From: an uncultured Verrucomicrobiae bacterium
GTDB taxonomy: Bacteria; Verrucomicrobiota; Verrucomicrobiia; Limisphaerales; Palsa-1400
NCBI GenBank assembly: GCA_963764165.1
Contig: CAVXRD010000003.1
Location: 640,001-704,000, forward strand
Direction: 5' to 3'
DNA: 64,000 nucleotides
The notes beneath the pieces were generated by a model that was given only the letters and a program-made list of their open reading frames with translations, searched no databases and had not been told where the DNA came from. Each line of letters begins with the position of its first letter. Within the stretch, counting starts at the first letter, position 1. Of the stretch, positions 1 through 10,344 are shown piece after piece. A program made the translations under genes and the position numbers.

Positions 1-92
1 CGTCGAAACGGCGAGTTCTGCAAGGCCGGTGCTTTGGACTTGCTGCGCAACTTGTTTCGTCCTTTACGGACGAGCTGATTAATCGTCGGCAT
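1..92 (-). CDS. rpsL: 30S ribosomal protein S12, 5' part (truncated by window edge)
   Basis: Manual translation of the reverse complement from ATG at 92 gives [31 protein letters not shown], the canonical S12 N-terminus; absent from the ORF track. Confidence 0.97.
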   Translation of the reverse strand, partial: MPTINQLVRKGRNKLRSKSKAPALQNSPFR

Positions 93-400
93 GTGCTTCT
101 TATTTAGCGTCCATTTCCCCACAAGAGAAACGGAGCGCGGAATATACAGAACCCTTGCGTTTGTGGCAATAGGTTTTTTTCAAAAATCTAAAAGTCAACG
201 ACACAATACGGCAGATTCCCCCTTGTTCAATGACAAACTGGATTTGTTTTGCGCGGCTCATTTGGCGCGTAAGCGGTTTATTATAAAACACTTAAAAATC
301 AACAGCAGGTTCCTCGCTGTTTTCGGTGGAATGAGAATCTCTGCGCCAGCCTTTGCCGGAAACCTGTTTCGGAAGGTGCAAACCGGGGGCTGAAAAACGG

Positions 401-430
401 TAGGTGCAATAGGGTGCAATAGAGTGCAAC
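401..430. repeat. Short tandem repeat, 3 x ~10 bp with core GTGCAA
   Basis: taggtgcaat agggtgcaat agagtgcaac, plus another GGTGCAA at 375-381. Confidence 0.7.
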
Positions 431-492
431 GCTTCTTTCCGGCCAGACCCGGTTGAACGCAATCTTCCTAAGCCGGTACGATGTAGTTGAAC

Positions 493-660
493 TTGGGAGG
501 GCGACAGTGCCGCCCGCTCTGGCTGGCCCACGCAAGAGCGTCCTCCCAATAATTTGTTCTGATCTCCCGCCGGCCAGCCACCGTTTCGTTCATGTTCGTA
601 AAACTCTGATGTTTTCGGCGAGACGCCGAAAACGGCGGTCGAGACGACCGCGCTCCCCAA
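493..660. repeat. REP-like/MITE-like palindromic element, family A copy 1
   Basis: Ends TTGGGAG...CTCCCCAA; internal hairpin gttttcggcgagacgccgaaaac; clearly similar to 50827-50973. Confidence 0.85.
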
Positions 661-1555
661 CTGAATCGTTCCGGCCAAGTTGCGCGCTACCCGTCTTCCC
701 TCAATATGACTTTGCATATGCACGGAGGCACTATGGCATGGACGTCGCGGGAAGGAAAACCTACCGGAGTGTTTTTGGCGCGATTTTGGAAAATATATCG
801 CGAAAAAGAGGTGCTTAACGCCAAGACGCCGAGGCCAAGGGCTGGAGCGATTTTCCTGACTTTTTGGAATCAACTGGGCAGTGGCGCGGCCAGAGAAGGA
901 GCGGGTGGCCGGGGCGGCGTAGACGGAACGGGGGCGAGATTCAAACCGTGCGGCACGAAAACCCTGAAGTCTGAGATCAGATGGCTCCACGCGTGCTATG
1001 TATTAGGCCGATGAGTGACGGCATTGCCGTCGGACAAGCGTTGCAAAATCTTTGCCGGCATTCATGAACTTGAGACGGCCACCGAGGGGCGTGCGGCGTC
1101 ACTTGGCAGTGGGGAACTGGCTCGCCAACTCATGGGAGCGGGCAGGCGCTTGCTGAAGCCCCGGGGCCGATCCCGTTGGCGATTTGATTCGAGAGCGCGA
1201 GCAGGACGATAAGCTAGACCAATGGGGCGGGTAATCACGTCGAGTCGGCCTGCCTTATCAAGTCGAATAAATAAATAAAGCGGCTGACAAATAAATTTCG
1301 GTACCCATTAGCTATGGCCCAGCTAACCTTTGCCAAGAAAGCAAAACGAAACTGGTCTCGCTTCAATGGCACATTGGTGCAATCCCCCGCGCCGCCGTAC
1401 GGATTTTTTCCAATGTCCTCTTGACGAGTTAAGTCCTGTTGAGGGATGAAAAAAAACCAACCAAACAATCCCCGCGGGACAATGTGGCTCCGGACGCAAA
1501 AATTTGTCCTTCAACCGGCGCACCCCTTCACGCACTATTTACGGCTCAGAGCATC

Positions 1556-1915
1556 ATGAACCTAATTCATAAGACCGAGCAGCAGTTTCTCGTCTCTTTG
1601 TCACCCGAAGAGTTGACTGGCATTTCGAACGCTTTGAACGAAGTCTGTTTCGGCGTTCACATCGATGATGCTGAATTTAAAACGCGGCTTGGTCACTCCC
1701 GACCGGACCTGGCCAACATCCTTAAGCAGATTGGCGAATGCCTCGTTGTGGCCAGCGCCGACTGCATGGACGTCGCTGATGCTTGGTCCGACGGCGGTTC
1801 TGTTCAAGTTCGCGCGATTTCTGTGTACGGCGATCCTGTAGACATGGGTTCAGAGCAAGCACTGTCTTTTGCAGCAATGATTACGCGCTGCGCGCAAGAA
1901 GCAGAGTCCGCATAA
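1556..1915 (+). CDS. Hypothetical protein, immunity-protein-like, possibly two fused small domains
   Basis: ATG at 1556; segments NALNEVCFG...EFKTRLG and VRAISVYGDPVDM resemble small proteins of polymorphic-toxin loci; visibly lower GC than flanks. Confidence 0.6.
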   Translation: MNLIHKTEQQFLVSLSPEELTGISNALNEVCFGVHIDDAEFKTRLGHSRPDLANILKQIGECLVVASADCMDVADAWSDGGSVQVRAISVYGDPVDMGSEQALSFAAMITRCAQEAESA

Positions 1916-1929
1916 CCTCGACCCCCGTC

Positions 1930-2331
1930 GTGAACATTATTGACGCCATAACATCCAAAAGAAACTTCGGTGTGATTCGTTGCGGATACCTTCCCGATGC
2001 CGCAGACCTTCAAGGCGTTGCATCCTTCTTTTCTCTTTCGCAAGATTCGTCCAATTATCGCCAAATCGCTAAGTCTGAGGCTCTGAAAATTCTCACGCGC
2101 GTTCTACATAGAGACATGGCCTACGAGTCTGAAATCATGCCCATTCAATCGGCGGCGGAATTGAGCACGTTATTCCTTAAAAACTTTGAGGAGAAGTCCG
2201 CCACGTTCTTTACGAACATTGACAATTCCACTGGTGCCTGGAATCCTGTAACTCAAGCAACATTTGACGCAGGCATTATCGCCATTTCTCAAACTGAATC
2301 AGCGTGTTTATGGATTGAAGATGAGGATTAG
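1930..2331 (+). CDS. Hypothetical protein, immunity-protein-like
   Basis: GTG at 1930 just after the previous stop; LHRDMAY...WNPVTQATFDAG...WIEDED pattern; lower GC. Confidence 0.65.
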   Translation: MNIIDAITSKRNFGVIRCGYLPDAADLQGVASFFSLSQDSSNYRQIAKSEALKILTRVLHRDMAYESEIMPIQSAAELSTLFLKNFEEKSATFFTNIDNSTGAWNPVTQATFDAGIIAISQTESACLWIEDED

Positions 2332-2580
2332 TCCAGCCCAACGGTTCAAGACCGTGTCGGCGCATTGAATCCCGCCATTGTATCCGGTTTGGTGTCTTTC
2401 GGTTCTCCCGACTTGCGAACGGACTTGCGTAAACCCTTGCGGCTTTGGATTGAGTGCCTGTTGTTCTGTCGAGTGACTTTGGAGGAAAAACCCTGCTGCC
2501 ATTACCCCGTACGGTTCCTCTGCGCCCTCATCTTCTCTGCGCGAGATTTCTGTCCCCATTCGCATTTGGTTTCAACGCGA

Positions 2581-5500
2581 TTACCGCACCACCGCCCGGT
2601 AAAACATCGCGGCCCCATTGTTCGCATCCGTGCAGGAAAAGGTGCTGTTGACGATCTCGCCGGAAACGATGGGCTCCCAATCGGGATTGTCGAGCGACGG
2701 GGTTGCGTCAATTTCGACGGACGTGCCGCTTAAACCAACCAAACCTATTTGAATCATGTTGTTTGGCACGAGGGAGATTTGCGTTATCCGAGGCAGTTGG
2801 TTCACCAGCACCACCCCGCCGTCACCCGCCAGAATGTACTGGCCGTTCCCCAAGTATCCGGTAGCCCACAGGTCTTGCGTCGTCGGCGAAACGTCCTCCT
2901 GCCAATCGAGTCCGTCGTCTCCCACATATATTGACCCCTCCGAAGTAACAGCCACAAAGTGACCGTTGCCGAACGTGATGCCGTCAAATTGCTCCGTTGA
3001 AGCCTGCGCGTCGGTCCAGCGAGTGCCGCTGGAGGACTCGGCGGCGGTGCCGAATTCGCCGACGCCGACAAATCTATTGTTGCCAAATGCCACGTCGTTA
3101 AAATAGGCGTCCGCCCCCATGTAACCTTCGCTCCAATCCAATCCGTCTGCCGAAACCAATCGTGTGCCGTCGTCACCGACGACAACAAACTTACCACGCC
3201 CGTATGTCACTCCGAAAAGACCTGAGTCCGCATATTCGCCGCTGTTGGTGGCCTGAACCGACCATGTGATGGCGTCCGGCGAATTCAAAATGACCCCTTC
3301 GTCACCGACCGCGACGTAAGCGCCGTTCCCATAGGCGACCGACCAAAGCGACAAATCGGCCTCGATCGGGGCAAAACTTTGGGTCCAATCGATGCCGTTC
3401 GTCGAGGTCACGATGGTAGCGCCGAGGCCGACGACCACGTATTCTCCATTGCCGTAGCAAATGCCACTCAAATCCAAATTTGTGTCGATGCCCGAACTCG
3501 TCATGGCCCAACTCGTTTCATTCGTCCACAACAGCACCGATCCATGCGTGCCGACGAGGACTGCCTTATCCGGCCCGACGGCAGCGTGGTACCATGATTG
3601 CAGCGGATCCGGCACGGTGATGCGCCAGGATGTCTGTCCTGGCAGAAAATCCGTTTCGTTAATCGTGAAATCGATTGTGCCAAGCGAATCGGGCGGCGGC
3701 GCTCCGCCAACCTGGATTGAATAGGCAACCCCTTGGGTCGCGATAAAGGAGATTTGAGCATCAACTCCGTTCGTCACAAACGCCAGCGCGTCGAGGCGCG
3801 ATCCCGTGTAAATCGCGGCCGCGGTTTGGATTTCGCTGGCGCTGAAATCCAAAATAACCGTGCCGGTTTCGGGCGCGGTCCAAGTCCACCAAACCGTTCG
3901 CCCAGCGTCCGCGCCAGTCGAATCAACCTCGCCCGGCTCCATCGTCGCGCTCCGAATCGTGCTGATGCCCTCGTCGCTGACGCCGTTGAGGGTGAAGGCC
4001 GCGGCGAAATTGTCGTTGCCGGGCGCCGGGGGCGGAGGTTCGATGGACAGGACGGCATTGATGCTCATCACGGAAATGCTCGAGCACAGGGATTCGGCGG
4101 TTGCCTCCATCGAATACGAGCCGATGTCGTTGGTGGTCACGGCGTTGATGGTTAGCGTGCCGTTCGTCGCGCCGGGAATGGCGAGTCCGTTCTTATACCA
4201 CTGGATTTCGACACCCGGATAACCCGTCGCCCCGGCGCTGAAGGAGGCCGGGTCTCCGAGATAGGCAGACTGATCATCCGGTTGCCAGGTGATGCCGGCG
4301 GAGGTCGTCGGCACCGGTGTATGGCGTTCGACGAATCCCGAAACTCCCACGAACGCAGAAGTTGTCGTCCCGCCCAGCCCGGCCAGAAGCACTTTGCCGT
4401 CCGATTGCAACGCCATGTCCACTGGCAGAATGTCGGAGCCATTGGCAAAATGCTGGTCGACGGTTCCGTCGGCCAGAATGTGGACGTAGTTGTTGACGTA
4501 TGTGCCAGCCACGCGCGTGAATGGCCCCGCCATCAAAACGTCGCCGCCAGGCAGAGCTTCGACCCGCGAGACCTGCGAGCCTTTGTCTAGGGGCGAATTG
4601 GTGTAGGGCGAGAAATTGATTGGATTGGCAGCATTGGCAACTCCTCCGTACTCATGAAGTTCGCATTCGTTGTAACCGGCCCAGCGCAAACCGGATGGAT
4701 TGACGATGATAGGCACATACGCGCCGCCGCCGAAAAGGCCTCCGTTCTCCGAAGAGCACGCGGCTTGCGCCCCCCGGTCACGCTCCGCCACGCATGTCGT
4801 CGATCCGCCCGCGCCCGGATAAAGCACGTCCAGCGCGCTGTCCCTGTTGAGAGCGGCGGTGCCAAAGTCCCCGGCCAGCAAAAGCCCCGAAGGCCATGAT
4901 ACTGGGTTGCCGTTCACGATGGCCGCGCCAGGCGGCCGATAGCGAACCTGATAGACCGCGCCGTAGCCGGTCACACTGGTCGAGTTAAAAGAAGTGTCGA
5001 GATTGCCCTGCATGTCGAATTTTCCAAGCGGGGACGAATAGCCATTTCCATTATGGATGTCGCCTGCGACGTAGAGCGTGCCGTCAGCGATCGCCATGCT
5101 GTAAATGTTGCCCGCCTTGTTGAATGTGTTGGCAGAAAAATTGGTGTCGAGTTGCCAGGTCGCACCGGTTCCGCCCACCCCGCCCGTCAGCGGAGTGAAT
5201 CGCGCGATCATGGCGTTGACATCATTGCGATCAGAATAAGCAACAAACGTCCCATATTGCGGGTCGCAGACGATGGCGCTCACATAATAATCGGCCCAAT
5301 CATAATGCGAGGCGGGGAAAAAGGCGGAGGAGTAATTGCTGAAGGTGAACGCAGTGTTCACCGCGCCGTTCGTATCAAGCACCGCCAAATCCACGTAAGT
5401 ATCCGTGCTGTTGAAGGAAGAAGTCGATGTGTGGGCGCTTCCATTGACTGAGTTGAAATATCCGCCAGCCCAAATGTAGCCGTTGCGATCCTGCGCCACC

Positions 5501-5646
5501 GCAAAAACCGGACCGTCGAAACTGGGCTGGCTAAAACCGCCGTCCTTGCCGCCGTAAACCTGCGCGGCAATATTATTCCCGAGACACACCAACGCGGCGA
5601 GGACCGCCGCTTTGGCCAGAATTGTGATGTTTAATAGTGCTTTCAC
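2581..5646 (-). CDS. Large secreted protein: delta-60-like propeller repeats, Ig-like domain, WD40/BNR-like propeller, C-terminal domain
   Basis: 1021 aa; N-terminal signal peptide; repeats LDTNF/LDTSF/VDQHF and MALQSDGKVLLAG; Ig motif QWYKNGLAIPGAT; repeats VAYGNGAYVAVG...SPDAITW. Confidence 0.85.
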   Translation of the reverse strand: MKALLNITILAKAAVLAALVCLGNNIAAQVYGGKDGGFSQPSFDGPVFAVAQDRNGYIWAGGYFNSVNGSAHTSTSSFNSTDTYVDLAVLDTNGAVNTAFTFSNYSSAFFPASHYDWADYYVSAIVCDPQYGTFVAYSDRNDVNAMIARFTPLTGGVGGTGATWQLDTNFSANTFNKAGNIYSMAIADGTLYVAGDIHNGNGYSSPLGKFDMQGNLDTSFNSTSVTGYGAVYQVRYRPPGAAIVNGNPVSWPSGLLLAGDFGTAALNRDSALDVLYPGAGGSTTCVAERDRGAQAACSSENGGLFGGGAYVPIIVNPSGLRWAGYNECELHEYGGVANAANPINFSPYTNSPLDKGSQVSRVEALPGGDVLMAGPFTRVAGTYVNNYVHILADGTVDQHFANGSDILPVDMALQSDGKVLLAGLGGTTTSAFVGVSGFVERHTPVPTTSAGITWQPDDQSAYLGDPASFSAGATGYPGVEIQWYKNGLAIPGATNGTLTINAVTTNDIGSYSMEATAESLCSSISVMSINAVLSIEPPPPAPGNDNFAAAFTLNGVSDEGISTIRSATMEPGEVDSTGADAGRTVWWTWTAPETGTVILDFSASEIQTAAAIYTGSRLDALAFVTNGVDAQISFIATQGVAYSIQVGGAPPPDSLGTIDFTINETDFLPGQTSWRITVPDPLQSWYHAAVGPDKAVLVGTHGSVLLWTNETSWAMTSSGIDTNLDLSGICYGNGEYVVVGLGATIVTSTNGIDWTQSFAPIEADLSLWSVAYGNGAYVAVGDEGVILNSPDAITWSVQATNSGEYADSGLFGVTYGRGKFVVVGDDGTRLVSADGLDWSEGYMGADAYFNDVAFGNNRFVGVGEFGTAAESSSGTRWTDAQASTEQFDGITFGNGHFVAVTSEGSIYVGDDGLDWQEDVSPTTQDLWATGYLGNGQYILAGDGGVVLVNQLPRITQISLVPNNMIQIGLVGLSGTSVEIDATPSLDNPDWEPIVSGEIVNSTFSCTDANNGAAMFYRAVVR

Positions 5647-5657
5647 ACACCATTAAA

Positions 5658-5681
5658 TACCCGTCGGCGGCGAAACCTTAC
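5658..5681 (-). promoter_or_regulatory. Putative ECF-sigma target promoter GTAAG-N15-GGTA for the secreted protein gene
   Basis: Same motif and spacing as 6531-6554; ends 11 nt before the GTG start. Confidence 0.6.
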
Positions 5682-5762
5682 ACAGGCCGCCAAGCGAAAC
5701 CCGCCCTCCGATGCCGCTTGGAAAAATCCGGGGCCTTGGTAAAGTATAATTGAAACATTGTG

Positions 5763-6518
5763 ATGGCCACGTCTGACGACGCAAATTCGATCGGAAAACC
5801 GCAGCCTGGCGGAGTGTTTGTCACGACCCATTGGAGCATGGTCTTGAATGCCCGCAACGGCGATTCCGCCCAAGCCGACGAAGCCATGTCCCGCCTTTGC
5901 CGGGCTTATTGGTATCCGCTTTACGCTTACGTTCGGCGGCAGGGTTATCCGCCCGATCAGGCGCAGGATTTGACGCAGGAATTTTTCGCGCGGCTGCTGG
6001 CGCGGAATTATTTGCGCTCGATTGACCGGCAAAAGGGAAAATTCCGCTGGTTCCTTCTGACGGCGATGGAACATTTTCTGGCCAAGGAATGGCGCGATGC
6101 CCACCGGCTCAAGCGCGGCGGCGGCCAAATCATTTTGTCGCTCGACGACAAAGACGCCGAGGATCGTTACAAATACGAGCCTGCCGAACCCATGACCGCG
6201 CAGCGAATCTACGAGCGCCGCTGGGCATTGACATTGCTCGAACAGGCGATGGCCAAATTGCGCGAAGAATTTGCCGCCAATGGCAAGGCTGAGGTGTTCG
6301 ACGCCCTGCAAGTGTTCCTCAGCGGCGAGCGCGCCGACGTCACCCAGGCGCAGGCAGGCTCGGGGCTGAGCATGAGCGAGGGCGCGGTCAGCGTGGCGGT
6401 GCATCGGATGCGGAAGCGTTACGCGGAATTGCTGCGGGCGGAAATCGCCAACACCGTTTCCAGCCCGGAGGAGGTGGAGGAGGAATTGAGGCATTTGCTG
6501 GCCGTGGTGAGCAGTTGA
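5763..6518 (+). CDS. RNA polymerase sigma factor, ECF subfamily (kinase-associated type)
   Basis: FVTTHWS N-terminus, YWYPLYAYVRR, AQDLTQEFF, GKFRWFLL and sigma-4-like C-terminus; directly upstream of a Ser/Thr kinase. Confidence 0.93.
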   Translation: MATSDDANSIGKPQPGGVFVTTHWSMVLNARNGDSAQADEAMSRLCRAYWYPLYAYVRRQGYPPDQAQDLTQEFFARLLARNYLRSIDRQKGKFRWFLLTAMEHFLAKEWRDAHRLKRGGGQIILSLDDKDAEDRYKYEPAEPMTAQRIYERRWALTLLEQAMAKLREEFAANGKAEVFDALQVFLSGERADVTQAQAGSGLSMSEGAVSVAVHRMRKRYAELLRAEIANTVSSPEEVEEELRHLLAVVSS

Positions 6519-6530
6519 TGCGATTCATCC

Positions 6531-6554
6531 GTAAGATTTTTCCGGGAAAAGGTA
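6531..6554 (+). promoter_or_regulatory. Putative ECF-sigma target promoter GTAAG-N15-GGTA for the kinase gene
   Basis: gtaag atttttccgggaaaa ggta; identical spacing to 5658-5681. Confidence 0.6.
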
Positions 6555-6572
6555 GATACGTAAACGTGATTC

Positions 6573-9500
6573 ATGGCTGAGAACACGAAATGCCAGCGCT
6601 GCGGCGCCCCCCTTCCCCACGCTGGACCTTACGGGCATTGCCCCGCGTGCCTGCTGACTGTGGCGCTCGGAGAATCGCCCGACGCACCCGCCCTGCCCCG
6701 GCCTTCCGAGAGCCTGTTCGGCGATTATCAGTTGATGGAGGAGATTTCGCGGGGCGGGATGGGAGTGGTCTATCGCGCGCGCCAAATCAGCCTGAATCGG
6801 CCCGTGGCGCTGAAAATGATTTCGGAGGGGGCGCAATCCTCCCCCTCCGCGGTGGCGCGATTCCAAATTGAAGCGGAAGCGGCGGCTCAATTGAATCACC
6901 CGAACATTGTTCCCGTGTTTGAAACCGGCGTCTATTCGGGACGCCGGTTCTTAAGCATGAAGCTCGTTGAAGGCGGCACTTTGGCGGACAAGGTGGGCGA
7001 ATTCGCCGCCCGTCCCGAGCGAGCCGCGATCCTTGTCGAATCGGTGGCTGAAGCAGTGCATCACGCCCATCAGCGCGGCGTGCTTCATCGCGACCTGAAG
7101 CCGTCAAATATTCTTATTGACGCCAGTGGCAAACCGCATGTCGCCGATTTTGGGCTGGCGAAACTGCTGGAGGAGCAGACGGAGCTGACGCAGGCCGGCG
7201 GGCCTCTTGGCACGCCGGCTTACATGGCGCCAGAGCAGATTACGGGAAATTGCGAAGTCACGACCGCAGCCGACATCTACGGGCTGGGCGCGATTCTTTA
7301 CCATCTATTGACAGGCCGTCCGCCGTTTCAGGGAGCGACGGCGCTGGAAATCATGAGCCAGGCCACGGCGCGAGAACCCGCACCGCCGGACCGGCTGAAT
7401 CCCGCCGTGGATGAACGGCTCGCCACCATTTGCTTGAAATGCCTAAGCAAGGAGCCGGCGCGGCGCTACGCCTCAGCGCAGGCGCTGGCGGACGATCTGG
7501 CGCGCTGGCGCAACGGCGACACTATTTCCGCCGCCCCGGAAACCCGCGCCGACGCGCTCCTTCGCTGGGTGCGGCGAAACCGCGCGCTGGCGGCCCTCGG
7601 AAGTTTCGCTTTGATGCTGCTCGTGTTGGTGGCGGTTGTTTCAACCGTGGCGGCATTCCGCATCAAGCGCGCAAAGGATATTTCCGTGGCGGCGGAGGGG
7701 CGCGCCCGCGAGAAGCTGTGGGAGAGCTATCTCGCCCAGGCCCGCGCCCAGCGGCTTAGCGGCAAGCCCGGCCGCCGATTCGACACGCTGGCCGCCATCA
7801 GCAACGCCGCCGCCATCCGACGCTCAGCCGAACTGCGGAATGAATGCATCGCGGCGCTCGCGCTGACGGATGTGCGCGCCATTCCTTTCGCGCCCGCCGA
7901 TTTGCCGGCGGGCGGGAAAATCATCATCGACCTCGCGCACGACCGCTATGCGGCGGGATTTTCCAATGGCGCTGTTTCGGTGCGCACATTGTCCGATTAT
8001 TCGGAACTGGCGAAACTTCCCGGAACGGGGCAGCCGGTGGCGGCGTTTAGCGAGTTCAGCGCGGACGGGAAGTGGCTGGCAGTGTGGTATCGCGATAAAA
8101 CGGCCTCGGTCTGGCAGGTGGAAGAGGCTCGCCGCGCGTTTACATGCACAAACGCAGGAGCCATCAGCTTCAGCCCCGACTCGCGGAATTTTGCCGAGGA
8201 GCGGACGAGTGGCGAGGTGTCTGTGGTTTCCATCGAAACATTCGTCGAGAAATCGCATTTTGTTCTGCCTTCACCAGCGGGCTCGATTTCCTGGAGCCCG
8301 GATGGGACGACCCTCGCGGCAACCGGCCGCACCAACATTTCTCTGATGGACACGGCGAGCGGCAAAGCCGGGCGGCGTTTCGCTTTGCCCAACGCGATCA
8401 TCGGAACGCAGTGGCGGCCCGATGGGGCGGAGCTTGCGGCCGCATCACTCGACCGGCTGGTTCATAGGTTTGACACAAAAACAGGGACGGAACTGCCGCC
8501 CCTCTCGGGTCACCTCGGGGCGGTCACGGCCGTTTCTTACACGCCGGATGGCCGATGCCTTGCATCGGGAAGCTGGGACGGAACGATGCGCCTTTGGGAC
8601 TTGGCGTCTGGAACGGAAGTGATTCATTGGCCGGCGGGATGCGAGCATATTTTTATCTCGCCTGATTCGCGCCGCGCCGCTGCCATCTCTGACGGCTACG
8701 GGCAAATGGATTTATTTGAAATCGCATACAACGAGGTGGCATCCACCGCGCCAAAAGCCTGCGCAGGAAACGAGAATTACGACGCGCTGCTCTTCGGGCA
8801 AGGCGGAAACTGGCTGGCAACGGCAACGGAAAACGCGGTCACGTTTTTGCGCCCGGATTCAATGCTGGCCGCTGCGGAAAAAACAAATTTATCGGCGGGC
8901 GCGTCCGTTTTTCTGTTCACGAAAAGCGAAATGTTCAGTTATAACAGCAACGGATTCTTTCTGCTGCCGGTGCGCGAGGCAAATGGAACCCTCAGCGTCG
9001 GGGAAACCCGCGCATTTCATCCCGCCATCCCCGATTCACTCCGGGGGAAATGCGACGCGGGGCTGTTCGGGCCGTTTGACAAAGACGGCAAGATTCCAGA
9101 ACGCCTCGGCGCTTCCACCTCTGGGGCCGTCTCGGCAGTAGCCTTCGCGGATCATTGCTACATTTTCGACATGGCCGGCAACGCGCTCCGCGCCATCACG
9201 GCGGCGCAGGAATGGATGAAATTCGTCGCCGTCAGCCCGGACGGCCAGCGCGTGGCGACGGGCGCCTGGAATCATCCGAACGTCATCCTCTGGAACGCCG
9301 AAACCGGCGCGAAAGAACGCGAATTGGAAACGGGCTTTTCCCCGAATCCCCTGTTCAGCCCGGACGGAAAATGGCTGGTGACATCGGTCGGCCCGGAAGT
9401 GTGTTTTTGGCGGACACGCGATTGGACAATTGATCACCGCGTGCTGCGCCCGCGCGAACGGCTTTCCAGCCCTCTCGCCTTTTCCGGTGACGGACGGGTT

Positions 9501-9719
9501 CTGGCCATGGCCATGACTCGCAGCACGGTTAAGCTTGTCGCCAGCCAGACTGGCGAAACCTTGGCGCAATTGGAGCCTCTGCCCGCGAGCGAGATTGTCG
9601 CGCTGGCTCTGAATTCCGACTCTTCGGAATTGGCCATCACGCGCTTTGCCGAGCGGCCGGAGGTGTGGCACTTGAATCGAATCCGGTCCCAGTTGCAGGC
9701 GTTGGGATTGGACTGGTGA
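6573..9719 (+). CDS. Hanks-type Ser/Thr protein kinase with TM helix and WD40 repeats
   Basis: N-terminal CxxC...CxxC; GGMGVVY, VALK, HRDLKPSN, DFGLAK, GTPAYMAPE motifs; TM segment; GH...WD repeats. Confidence 0.96.
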   Translation: MAENTKCQRCGAPLPHAGPYGHCPACLLTVALGESPDAPALPRPSESLFGDYQLMEEISRGGMGVVYRARQISLNRPVALKMISEGAQSSPSAVARFQIEAEAAAQLNHPNIVPVFETGVYSGRRFLSMKLVEGGTLADKVGEFAARPERAAILVESVAEAVHHAHQRGVLHRDLKPSNILIDASGKPHVADFGLAKLLEEQTELTQAGGPLGTPAYMAPEQITGNCEVTTAADIYGLGAILYHLLTGRPPFQGATALEIMSQATAREPAPPDRLNPAVDERLATICLKCLSKEPARRYASAQALADDLARWRNGDTISAAPETRADALLRWVRRNRALAALGSFALMLLVLVAVVSTVAAFRIKRAKDISVAAEGRAREKLWESYLAQARAQRLSGKPGRRFDTLAAISNAAAIRRSAELRNECIAALALTDVRAIPFAPADLPAGGKIIIDLAHDRYAAGFSNGAVSVRTLSDYSELAKLPGTGQPVAAFSEFSADGKWLAVWYRDKTASVWQVEEARRAFTCTNAGAISFSPDSRNFAEERTSGEVSVVSIETFVEKSHFVLPSPAGSISWSPDGTTLAATGRTNISLMDTASGKAGRRFALPNAIIGTQWRPDGAELAAASLDRLVHRFDTKTGTELPPLSGHLGAVTAVSYTPDGRCLASGSWDGTMRLWDLASGTEVIHWPAGCEHIFISPDSRRAAAISDGYGQMDLFEIAYNEVASTAPKACAGNENYDALLFGQGGNWLATATENAVTFLRPDSMLAAAEKTNLSAGASVFLFTKSEMFSYNSNGFFLLPVREANGTLSVGETRAFHPAIPDSLRGKCDAGLFGPFDKDGKIPERLGASTSGAVSAVAFADHCYIFDMAGNALRAITAAQEWMKFVAVSPDGQRVATGAWNHPNVILWNAETGAKERELETGFSPNPLFSPDGKWLVTSVGPEVCFWRTRDWTIDHRVLRPRERLSSPLAFSGDGRVLAMAMTRSTVKLVASQTGETLAQLEPLPASEIVALALNSDSSELAITRFAERPEVWHLNRIRSQLQALGLDW

Positions 9720-9959
9720 CGGCGGCCATTTGGCACTTTCATGCCAAGTTTCCGAGTTGAGCCGTGGGGTGATTACCTACTGCGGCGCATGGCTTTCGCC
9801 CTTGAAATATCTTTAGAATAGGAGAGGTTTTATCAGCATTAGATTGCGTTGTCGTATTTCCAACATGGTGAATCCTCAGGTGAACAAGCTTCAGTGATGA
9901 TTTGAAACCCGATCTCCGGGAACAGTCCGGGAACCCGCATGCAGCTCTAAAAAATACAG

Positions 9960-10316
9960 ATGAATACGAAATTGTACGTGGGAAATCTTTCCTTCGACAC
10001 AACAGAAAACGATCTCCAGGACCTCTTTGCCCAGTATGGGCCGGTCTCCGAGGTCAATTTGATCACCGATCGCATGAGCGGACGCTCACGCGGCTTTGCG
10101 TTTGTCACCATGGGAACGCCGGAAGGCGCGGAAGGCGCCATATCGGCTCTGTCGGGGAAGGAGATTCAGGGGCGCGCCCTGACGGTAAATGAAGCCCGTC
10201 CGCGGGAAGAACACGCCGGCGGCGGTGGCGGTGGCCGCGGGCCTCGTTCCGGGGGCGGCGGTCGCGGTCCCCGCAGTGGCGGCGGCGGCGAGCGCCGTCA
10301 ATTCCAGCGCCATTAA
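9960..10316 (+). CDS. RRM (RNP-1) RNA-binding protein with Gly/Arg-rich tail
   Basis: KLYVGNLSF (RNP2), RGFAFV (RNP1), [16 protein letters not shown] repeats. Confidence 0.96.
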   Translation: MNTKLYVGNLSFDTTENDLQDLFAQYGPVSEVNLITDRMSGRSRGFAFVTMGTPEGAEGAISALSGKEIQGRALTVNEARPREEHAGGGGGGRGPRSGGGGRGPRSGGGGERRQFQRH

Positions 10317-10317
10317 T

Positions 10318-10344
10318 CGTTCCGCGAAAACGGAACGGATTTTT
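10318..10344 (+). terminator. Rho-independent terminator
   Basis: cgttccg-cgaaaa-cggaacg followed by a T tract. Confidence 0.65.

Noticed and set aside
292..990. 232-aa ORF sharing a peptide with the GH2 N-terminus
   Set aside because: The similarity comes from the REP-like repeat; the rest has no protein-like features
860..990. tRNA-like sequence
   Set aside because: No cloverleaf, T-loop consensus or CCA end could be built
1909..2400. Integron attC cassettes (GCATAAC and GCCCAAC after stop codons)
   Set aside because: No matching GTTRRRY ends or attC-like palindromes, and no integrase
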